Positions 18,218 to 27,000 of a stretch of DNA of 64,000 bases are shown here, one piece after another (positions within the stretch are counted from its first letter, which is position 1; every line of letters starts with the position of its first letter). The stretch covers positions 258,327 through 322,326 of the forward strand of contig CAVTBK010000004.1 of the NCBI GenBank assembly GCA_963732935.1, read 5' to 3'. A program made the translations under genes and the position numbers. The DNA is from an uncultured Acidobacteriota bacterium (GTDB lineage Bacteria > Acidobacteriota > Vicinamibacteria > Fen-336). The notes beneath the pieces were generated by a model that did not search any database, was not told where the DNA came from, and worked only from the letters and a program-made list of their open reading frames with translations.

Positions 18218-20228
18218 ATCCGCCGCCCCGGGCGAGCCCGAGCCGGGTGGCGGTGCGGACCTCCGGCTCGAGCTCGATCCGGCCCGAGACTACGGCCGCG
18301 GCATGAGCACCTCGACCTGCACCGACTGCTTGGTGCCGTCGGCCCGTACGTAGTCGAGACCGGTGCGCAGGTACGTGTCCCGGTCTGGCGGAAGCGCGAG
18401 CTGGAAGTCGGTCAGCAGGGGCTTGCCGTCGCCGAGCATGGGCTTCGCCGGGGACAGCCACTGCTGGGGGAGCCACTTGCCGTCGACGCGAGCGGCCGCG
18501 CTCATCGCGAACGGGCCGTCGACGCCGGGACCCGGGTCGAGCGTCCAGCGCGACGTCAGCAACGAGCCCGGCTTCCAGCGCAGCGGGAAGCGCCAGGAGA
18601 GCACCAGGTCGGGCACGTCGAGGAGCCCGCAGCGCGCCACGCGCAGGCTGACGTCGGACACGCACCGGCAGATCGGCGCCGAGGCGCCGACCGGCGCCGG
18701 CGACAACACCGCGCACGGCAGCTCGCCCTGCGAGCCGTCCGAAGACTCGGCAGCGCCGATGTCCACGGCTCGGCCTTGGACGCGCCGCGCCTGGTACACG
18801 TCCCAGGGGCCGATCTCCGGCGCCGAGTTCGAGCCGGCGTCGATCGCCGGCGAGCCGGGGTCCAGCCGGTAGTCGTCCGTGGCGGGGTCGACGAAATGCG
18901 GGTCCTCGAACAGGTTGTTCGAACCCGTGACGCCCGCCGGCCCGTCGACACCGTTGCCGAACACGATGCTGTTGTCGAGGCGCACCGCGCCGCCGCCCAC
19001 CGCCACGCCGGCACCGGTGTGGCCCGTCACCGTGAGGTTGGTCAGGTACACGGTCCCGCCCTCAAGAGCCGTCGCGAGGATGCCGCTGCTGTCGCCGCCC
19101 CCGCCCGCCACGACGCTGTCCGAGAGCACTGCCACACCCGTCCCGCCATCGGTCACGGCGACCTGCCACGCCCCAGCGTCGTCGGCCGGCACGTTGCGCA
19201 GGATCTGGTTGCGGCGGGCCGTCAGGCGCGCCGCGCCCGGACCGTCGTACGAGCTCGTCGCGAAGAGCGAGATCTCGGGTCCGCCCTGGTGCGTGTCCGA
19301 CGAGCTGCGGTTGTCGACGAACCAGTTGTCCCAGACGTCGACGGTGGCGTTCTGCGCGGCGTTTGCGGACAACGCCGAACCGTAGGTCTGGCCGGGCGCG
19401 TGGATCGTATTGCGGAGGAAGTGGTTGGACTCGAGCAATACGTTGCTGTGGCCAGTCGCGTAGACGAAGGCCCCACCGGTGGCTCCGGCATCCGTGGCCT
19501 CATGCGAGTTGTCCGTGAAGTAGTTGCCTCGCCAGGTCATCCGTGCGGATCCGACGAGATAGGCATGCGCGAAGGCCCTGCCGCTGGCCTCCACCGTGTG
19601 GTTGTCCCAGACCGCGCTCTCCGACACCTCGACCTGGGCATGGTCGTCAGCCCAGATGTCGAGCCCGGAGGCGCTTGGCCCCGGCCCACCGCCCGTCAAC
19701 ACCAGACCTCTCACGATCAGCACGCCCGAACTGCTCGCCTGCAGCACGGGACCGTCGAGAGCGCCCTGGACGACGGTGTTCTCCGCGGCGGCGGGGTCCT
19801 GCGGAGAGGGATGAGGCACGCCGCCGAAGCTGTCTGACCATCCCCCGCTGATCGTGAGCGACTCACCGGAAGCGACCCAGACGCTGAGGTTCTCTGGGTA
19901 ACGGCCGCGCGCGACCCGGATCTCGACGGGTCTCGCCGACGTTCCCGCGGCGTCGATCGCGGCCTGGATCGTCGCATAGCCGCCCGCACGCCCGACCGTC
20001 AGCACCGACGGATCCGCGCTGGCGGCCGACGCCAGGGCGCACGCCCCCACGACCGACACGATCACTCGCACTCCTCTTCCGGCCTGCCTCATGGTTCGCT
20101 CCTCGGCACCGTGATGGCGCCTTCTGCTTGTTTGGGCTTTCCTTCTGTGGCGCACGCCCGGGCGGGGCGTTACGGGAGGGGGCACGCCAAGCCGCCTGTA
20201 ACGCCGGACCCGCTGCGCACGCCCAAGT
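18218..20228. repeat. Tandem direct repeat unit 1 (~2.0 kb): beta-helix gene plus ~135 bp of its 5-prime region
   Basis: Aligns base for base with 20282-22301 at both ends (for example 20093-20228 versus 22165-22301). The central part of the gene has diverged. Confidence 0.85.
18290..20092 (-). CDS. Secreted right-handed parallel beta-helix protein with a choice-of-anchor-Q-like motif (copy A of a tandem pair), 600 aa
   Basis: Start MRQAGRGVRVIVSVVGACALASAASA (signal peptide; ATG 20092, RBS GAGGAG). Repetitive G/N/T/S/V-rich beta-helix core (…NHFLRNTIHAPG…VDNRSSSD…ILRNV…). NNLFEDPHFVDPATDDYRLDPGSPAIDAGSN matches the choice-of-anchor-Q signature. C-terminal ~190-aa Cys-containing domain. Confidence 0.8.
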   Translation of the reverse strand: MRQAGRGVRVIVSVVGACALASAASADPSVLTVGRAGGYATIQAAIDAAGTSARPVEIRVARGRYPENLSVWVASGESLTISGGWSDSFGGVPHPSPQDPAAAENTVVQGALDGPVLQASSSGVLIVRGLVLTGGGPGPSASGLDIWADDHAQVEVSESAVWDNHTVEASGRAFAHAYLVGSARMTWRGNYFTDNSHEATDAGATGGAFVYATGHSNVLLESNHFLRNTIHAPGQTYGSALSANAAQNATVDVWDNWFVDNRSSSDTHQGGPEISLFATSSYDGPGAARLTARRNQILRNVPADDAGAWQVAVTDGGTGVAVLSDSVVAGGGGDSSGILATALEGGTVYLTNLTVTGHTGAGVAVGGGAVRLDNSIVFGNGVDGPAGVTGSNNLFEDPHFVDPATDDYRLDPGSPAIDAGSNSAPEIGPWDVYQARRVQGRAVDIGAAESSDGSQGELPCAVLSPAPVGASAPICRCVSDVSLRVARCGLLDVPDLVLSWRFPLRWKPGSLLTSRWTLDPGPGVDGPFAMSAAARVDGKWLPQQWLSPAKPMLGDGKPLLTDFQLALPPDRDTYLRTGLDYVRADGTKQSVQVEVLMPRP

Positions 20229-20281
20229 TTGGGAGGGTGAAGCGCGGGTCGGGCTGCCATTGAGGCCGCGCCCTCGGGGCG

Positions 20282-22301
20282 GCGATCCGCCCCAGGCGAG
20301 CCCGAGCCGGGGCGGTGCGGCCCCCCGGCTCGAGCTCGATCCGGCCCGAGACTACGGCCGCGGCATGAGCACCTCGACCTGCACCGACTGCTTGGTGCCG
20401 TCGGCCCGTACGTAGTCGAGACCGGTGCGCAGGTACGTGTCCCGGTCCGCCGGAAGCGCGAGCTGGAAGTCCGTCAGCAGGGGCTTGCCGTCGCCGAGCA
20501 TGGGCTTCGCCGGGGACAGCCACTGCTGGGGGAGCCACTTGCCGTCGACGCGAGCGGCCGCGCTCATCGCGAACGGGCCGTCGACGCCGGGACCCGGGTC
20601 GAGCGTCCAGCGCGACGTCAGCAACGAGCCCGGCTTCCAGCGCAGCGGGAAGCGCCAGGAGAGCACCAGGTCGGGCACGTCGAGGAGCCCGCAGCGCGCC
20701 ACGCGCAGGCTGACGTCGGACACGCACCGGCAGATCGGCGCCGAGGCGCCGACCGGCGCCGGCGACAACACCGCGCACGGCAGCTCGCCCTGCGAGCCAT
20801 CCGAAGACTCGGCAGCGCCGATGTCCACGGCTCGGCCTTGGACGCGCCGCGCCTGGTACACGTCCCAGGGGCCGATCTCGGGCGCGGAGTTCGAGCCGGC
20901 GTCGATCGCCGGCGAGCCGGGGTCCAGCCGGTAGTCGTCCGTGGCGGGGTCGACGAAATGCGGGTCCTCGAACAGGTTGTTCGAACCCGCGACGCCCGCC
21001 GGCCCGTCGACACCGTTGCCGAACACGATGCTGTTGTCCAGGTGTACATCACCGCCCAGGCTGGTCACGCCGGCACCGGTGTGGCCGGTCACCGTCAGGT
21101 TGGTCAGATACACCGACCCGCCCTCGAGAGCGGTCTCGCCGACGCCACTGCTGTCTCCGCCACCGCCCGCCACGACGCTGTCCGAGAGCACCGTCACGCC
21201 CGCCCCGAGGCTGCAGACGCTGATCTGCCAGGCTCGGCCGTCGGCCGGGACGTTACGCAGGATCTGGTTGCGGCGGGCCGTCACCCGCGGCGACCCGGGA
21301 CCGCCGATCGAGCCGCTCTCGGCACAGAGCTGTATCGCCGGCCCCGGGTCGCCTGTGTCCGAGACGCTGCGATTCTCGACGAACCGGTTGTCTCGCACGT
21401 CCATCGTGGCGTCCTGCTGGGCATGCGCGGTTAACGCTGATTCGTAGGCCTGATCCGGCGCGTGGATCGAGTTGCGCAGGAACTGATTCGCCTCGATCCA
21501 CACGCTGCTGTGACCGGTCGCGAGGACATCGGCGCCTCCGTTGACCCAGGCCCCGGCGCCCGTGGCTTCGGACGAGTTGTCCGTGAAGTAGTTGCCTCTC
21601 CAGGTCATTCGTGCCGATCCGTCGACGCGAGCCTGCGCGAAGCCCCAGCCGCCCGAGTCCACGACCGTGTGGTTGTCCCAGACCGCGCTGTCCGACACCT
21701 CGACCTGGGCAGAATCGTGGGCCCAGATGTCGAGCCCGGAGGGCGTTTGGCCCCACCCCGCCGCCCGTCAGCACGAGACCCTTCACGATCAGTACGCCCC
21801 AACTGGTCGCCTGCAGCACGGGTCCGTCGAGAGCGCCCCGGACGACGGTGTTCTCCGCGGCGGCGGGGTCTTGCGGAGAGGGATGAGGCACGCCGCCGAA
21901 GCTGTCTGACCATCCCCCGCTGATCGTGAGCGACTCACCGGAAGTGACCCAGACGCTGAGGTTCTCGAGGTAGCGGCCGTGCGCGACCCGGATCTCGACG
22001 GGTCTCGCCGACGCTCCCGCGGCGTCGATCGCGGCCTGGATCGTCGCATAGTCGCCCGCACGCCCGACCGTCAGCACCAACGGATCCGCGCTGGCGGCCG
22101 ATGCCAGGGCGCACGCCCCCACGACCGACACGATCACTCGCACTCCTCTTCCGGCCTGCCTCATGGTTCGCTCCTCGGCACCGCGATGGCGCCTTCTGCT
22201 TGTTTGGGCTTTCCTTCTGTGGCGCACGCCCGGGCGGGGCGTTACGGGAGGGGGTGCGCCAAGGCCGCCTGTAACGCCGGACCCGCTGCGCACGCCCAAG
22301 T
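20282..22301. repeat. Tandem direct repeat unit 2
   Basis: See unit 1; period ~2070 bp. Confidence 0.85.
20352..22164 (-). pseudogene. Copy B of the beta-helix gene; the reading frame is broken by one extra C near 21741 (pseudogene or sequencing error)
   Basis: The N-terminal 134 aa and C-terminal ~220 aa are essentially identical to copy A at nucleotide level. The middle ~250 aa is ~65-70% identical. The track splits it into 20352-21698 and 21253-22893 in different frames. Aligned to copy A, the site reads gccctcc versus gcctcc. Confidence 0.6.
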
Positions 22302-22398
22302 GCGCGAGGACAACGTGCGCATCGGTCCCGGTCGCGGTGGCCGTCGGTCCAATCGAAACCGGAGGTGCTAGAATGCCGTCTCGCTTCAGCCCAGCAGA

Positions 22399-22980
22399 AT
22401 GGCCACTCACGAAGATGCGGACCTCGTCCAGCGCTTTCTCCGCGGGGAACCGGCCGCCGCGGCGAGGATCGACGGCTGGATCGCCGCCGCCGCCTGGTCT
22501 TTCAGGCGCCGCCTGCTCTCGGAGTGGGACGACCTGCTCCAGGAGATCCGGCTCGAGGCCCTGCGCCTGCTCGGCGCCGGACATTTCCGCGGCGAGTCCC
22601 GGCTCAAGACCTACTTGTGGCAGGTGGCCTGTCACACCTGCCTGGACGCCGTGCGCCGGCAGCGGCGGCGCACGTTCCTCGACCTCGATGCCATTGAGGC
22701 CGCGCCCTCGGGGGCTCCCTCGCCGTTCGACGTCCTGGCGCGTCGAGAGCACCGCGCCGCGGCGCTTCGCGCCCTCGAGACCCTCTCGGACGAGTGCCGG
22801 GACGTCTGGACGAGACTGCTGCAAGGCGCGAGCTATCGCGACATCTCGCGGGCGCTGGCGGTGTCCGAGGGCGCTTTGAGGGTGCGCGCACACCGCTGCC
22901 GCAAGTCGGCGGTCGAAGCCTATCGCGCGGCGACGCGACTCGCCCCGCGCGCCGCGGAGGGTGAGGATGCTCTGCCCTGA
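22399..22980 (+). CDS. ECF (sigma-70 family group 4) RNA polymerase sigma factor
   Basis: Region-2-like DLLQEIRLEALRLLGAGHFRGESRLKTYLWQVACHTCLDAVRR and region-4 HTH SYRDISRALAVSEGALRVRAHRCRKS. Its stop overlaps the start of the downstream anti-sigma ORF by 14 nt. Confidence 0.85.
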   Translation: MATHEDADLVQRFLRGEPAAAARIDGWIAAAAWSFRRRLLSEWDDLLQEIRLEALRLLGAGHFRGESRLKTYLWQVACHTCLDAVRRQRRRTFLDLDAIEAAPSGAPSPFDVLARREHRAAALRALETLSDECRDVWTRLLQGASYRDISRALAVSEGALRVRAHRCRKSAVEAYRAATRLAPRAAEGEDALP

Positions 22981-23857
22981 GGCCGTCGAGAGGCTTCCCG
23001 AGCTGCTGAACGGCAGCCTGCCGTCGGAACCGAGGGCGGAGGTCGAAGCCCACCTCGCCGATTGCGCGCCCTGCCGCGAGGAGTGGGAGGAGACACGCCA
23101 AGGTGCCGCGGTCTTCAGCGCGCATCTCCCGACGGACGCGCTCGTGGCGCTCGCCTGGGACCGCCCGCTGCCCGGGCTCGATCCGGACCTCGCCCGCCGT
23201 CATCTCGACGCCTGCGCCGACTGTCGCGAGGACCTGGCACTCGCGCGCGAGAGCCGGTCTCGCGAGAGGGCCGAGGAACGCCTCGCCCCGCGCCGCGTCT
23301 CCTGGGCGCTGCCGGCGAGCCTGGCCGCGGGTCTCGTGGCGGCGGCGCTCGTCGCAGGCTTCGCCTTGGGATCGCGGCGCGCGCAGACCCATCTCGCCCA
23401 GGCGGACGCCGCCCGGCGGCAGGCCGTCGAGACAGCCGCGCGCTTCGGAGCCGAGACGGACCACCTGCGTCAAGTCGAGTCGGAGCTCCGCGCTCGCCTG
23501 GCGCGTCTCGCCGCGCCCCGGATCAACCTGCCGGTGCTCGAGCTGCTGCCCGGCTCCACGCTGACCCGCGGCGCCTCGCAGCCCCGAGCCCGAGCTCGAC
23601 CTCGGCGCCGAGGACACGCTCGCCGCGCTGGTCCTCAGCGTTCCCACGAACCGAAGCGGCCTCACGGCCGAGCTGCGCGACGTACGGGGGCGGTTGCTCT
23701 GGAAGGCCGCCGGCCTGGAGCCGAGCACCCTCGGCGGCTATGCGCTCGCCGTGCCGGCCGATCTGCTCCCCGAGGGGCGGCTGACTCTGTCCCTCGTTCC
23801 CGAACACGGCGGGCCGACGCTCGCCAGGTTGCCCTTCCGGGTAGGCGGACACCGTGA
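22967..23857 (+). CDS. Anti-sigma factor, ZAS/zf-HC2 type, single TM. Only the first ~200 aa of this ORF look genuine; the true C-terminus is probably reached via frame switches (see findings)
   Basis: Two HxxxCxxC motifs (EAHLADCAPCREEW; RHLDACADCRED), then the TM helix WALPASLAAGLVAAALVAGFALG, then coiled coil. After ~23575 the frame turns into R/P/G-rich nonsense while the +1 frame reads like protein. Confidence 0.65.
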   Translation: MLCPEAVERLPELLNGSLPSEPRAEVEAHLADCAPCREEWEETRQGAAVFSAHLPTDALVALAWDRPLPGLDPDLARRHLDACADCREDLALARESRSRERAEERLAPRRVSWALPASLAAGLVAAALVAGFALGSRRAQTHLAQADAARRQAVETAARFGAETDHLRQVESELRARLARLAAPRINLPVLELLPGSTLTRGASQPRARARPRRRGHARRAGPQRSHEPKRPHGRAARRTGAVALEGRRPGAEHPRRLCARRAGRSAPRGAADSVPRSRTRRADARQVALPGRRTP

Positions 23858-24092
23858 GCCCGACCCCCGCCGCTCTCCTGGCTGCTCGGCGTCTGCGGCG
23901 CGCTGGTCGCATCGCCCGTCGAGGGAGCCCGACTCCGCGTGAAGGAGGTGACTCCGGAGCTGGCGGCGGCGAAAGCGGGCCTGGATCCCGGCGACGTGCT
24001 GCTGAGCTGGCGGCAGGGCGCCGGAAGCGGGAGCGCTCGCCTCGCCGCTCGACCTGCTGGAGATCGAGATCGCACGCGGACCTCGCGGCCCG

Positions 24093-27000
24093 GTGGCCCT
24101 CGATTGTGAGCGAGACGGACGCGCGCTCGCGGTCTCGCTCTTCCCCGACCAGTGGGGCCTCGACGCCCAGTTGTCAGGAGACGACGCTGGCGAGCCCTCG
24201 GCCGCCGCCTGGACGCGACTCGAACGGGCGGTGAGCCTGATCGAAACGGACCTCGAGCAGGCGCGCCGAACGGCAGTCCAGGCGGCGAACGCCGCTCCTA
24301 CGCCCAGCGCTCGTGCGCTCGTGCGCTTCGCCTTCGCCGAGGCGTTACGGCGACGCTCGCGCTACGCCGAGGCCGCGCGCGAGTACGAGGAGGCGATCCG
24401 GATCGAGGAGCCGCTGGCGGGGAACACTCTGGTGCTCGCCCGCCTCTACGAAGGCGCGGGCTTCGCCGCCTACAGCCTGCTGAAGGACCTGCCGCCCGCA
24501 CGCAGGCGGCTCGAGCGCGGGCTCGCGATCCTCGAGAAGGAGGCGCCCGAGAGCCTCGCCTGCGCGCGCACGCTGCAGGCGCTCGCCCAGACGCTGGACT
24601 CCACCACCGACGCGCAGCGGCTGCTGCTTCGGGCCTCGGCGCTCGCGGAGAAGCTGGCGCCCGATACTCTCACCCACGCCTCGATCCTGTACTCGCTGGC
24701 GTGGGTGACGCCCACGGCGGAGCAGCTCGAGTGGGCACGGCACGCCCTCGCGATCCGCGAGCGTCTGGCGCCGGACAGCGTCGAGCTGGCGGCGGCGCTG
24801 CGTCTCGTCGGTCTCTCGCTGGACAGCTTCGGACGCCGGCAGGAGGCCGAGGCGCACGTGAAACGCGCGGCGCGGCTGCTGGAACGGATCCAGCCGAAGG
24901 GCACGGCGCTCGCAAGCACCCTCGAGAGCCTCGGCGCGATGGCCATGGACTGCGGCGAGCTGGCCGACGCCGAGCGCGCGCTGCGCCGTGCCCTCGCCTT
25001 GCGCCTCGAGCACGGCTTCGCCAGCCACACCGCGATCACGCTCCTGAACCTGGTCGATCTCCTGGTCCTGCGGCGCGATCTCGACGAAGCGCGCGTGGAC
25101 GCGGAGAGGGCGCGCACCATCCTGGAGCGCGAGCTTCCCGACAGCGAGTACCTCGGCTACGCCTGCCGGAGCCTCGGCGAGATCGCCCTGGAGACGGGCG
25201 ACGTCTCCGGCGCCGAGACCTGGTTCCGACGCGCGGTCGCGATCTTCCGCAAGGTCAACCCCACCGGCTTCGCCTTCGGTACCGCCGAGAACGACCTCGG
25301 CCAGGCCCTCGCCCGCGCCGGGCGCCTGGAGGAGGCCCGGGTCGCGCACGAGCACGCGCTGCAGCTCGTCCGCGACGTGGACAACGTCCGTGCGGCGACG
25401 ATCCAGGACGACCTCGCCGCCCTGGCGCTCCAGCGCGGAGACCTGGACACGGCAGAGACGTGGTTCGAAAAGGCGCTGGCCGCACGCCGCCGGCTCGCGC
25501 CCGGCAGCATCTGGGAGGCGATGTCCGAGCACTCCCTCGGGGTCCTGGCACGCCGACGCGGGCGACCACAGCAGGCGCTCGAGCACTTCCAGCGCGCGGT
25601 CGACGCGCTCGACGCCCAGGCACGCCGCTTGGGAGGCGCGCCGGAGGTGGCCGCGGCCTTTCGTGCCCACTACCAGGACTTCTATCGCGATCTCGAGGGG
25701 CTCCTGCTCGAGAGCGGCCACCCGACCGAAGCCTTCACCGTCCTCGATCGGGGACGCGCTCGCGTCTTGCTGGCGCTGCTGGCTCAGCGTGCGATCGTGC
25801 TGCCCGAGCTGCCCGCCGACCTGGAGCGCGAGCGTCGGGAGGCCGATGCCGAGCACGATGCCGTCGTCGAGCAGCTCGCCACCCTCGCCGACCACGACCC
25901 CAAGCGCGCCGAGCTCACCCGGCGCTACGCGGAAGCGCGGCGCCGGCAGGACGAGGTGCGTGCTCGCATCCGTGCCGCAGCGCCGCGCGCGGCGGCGCTC
26001 CTCGATCCGGAGCCGCTCGACCTCGACGGTGTGCGACAGGCCCTCGAGCCCGGCACGCTGCTCCTCGCCTACAGCCTCGGCGCGGACGGCAGCCGCGTCT
26101 ACGCCGTCGGGCCGGGCCCGGCGGATTTCGCCGTCCACGACCTGGCGGCGACCGAGCCTGAGATCCGTCACGCGGTCGAGAGTTTCCGCACGCTCCTGGA
26201 GCGGCGCCGCGGCCCGCTGCTGCGGCACGGACTCGACGAGCAGGCACGCGCCCTGGGGCGGACGCTCGTGCAGCCGGCGGCCGGCGCCCTGGCCCGCGCC
26301 CGGAGGCTCCTGATCGTCCCCGACGGCGTCCTGAACCTGCTCCCTTTCTCGGCGCTCCAGCTCCGCGCTTCGGACGGCCGCTTCCGCTGGCTCGTGGAGG
26401 CGGCGCCGCCGCTCCACCTGGCCGCGTCGGTCACGCTCTACGCGCAGCTCGCGGAGCGTCGAGGGCGCAGCGCCGGGCACGAGGTCGTGGCGTTCGGCGA
26501 CCCCGCCTACGCCGCCGGGCCGGCGGCGGCGCACGACGCCGCAGTGGCCCGTGGGATGGAATGGGGTCTTCGACTGGAGCCGCTGCCTGCGGCGCGCGGG
26601 GAGCTCGCCGCGCTGCGTCAGCTCGCACCCGGCGAGACACGCCTGTGGCTCGGTGCCGAGGCGACCGAAGAGCGAGCGAAGCAGGTGGGATCCGAAGCAC
26701 GGATCATCCATTTCGCGACCCACGGTTTCGTGGACGAGGACTTTCCGCTCGAGTCGGGCCTGGCGCTGGCAACGCCGCCGCCGGGCGACGAGGGCCGCGA
26801 CAACGGCCTGCTCCAGGCCTGGGAGGTCTTCGAGTCGGTCCGGATCGACGCCGACCTCGTCACCCTTTCGGCCTGCCGCACGGCCCTCGGCAAGGAGGTC
26901 GGCGGGGAGGGCCTGGTCGGTCTGACCTGGGCGTTCGAGTATGCGGGCGCGCGCAGCGTGCTGGCCTCGCTGTGGGAGGTGAACGACGCGTCCACAGCCG

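Noticed and set aside
17313-18716. MRGVVAGAGRRLGADLPVRV… ORFs (17313-18716 and 20170-20778) and the SAGSASWKSVSRGLPSP… ORFs (18363-18872, 20425-20934) that appear twice
   Set aside because: They recur only because they lie in alternative frames of the tandemly duplicated beta-helix gene. They are not independent genes
18218-22301. The tandem duplication considered as a mobile element or IS
   Set aside because: No transposase or integrase, no terminal inverted repeats and no target-site duplication. The unit is a complete cellular gene plus its 5-prime region, so it is a segmental tandem duplication
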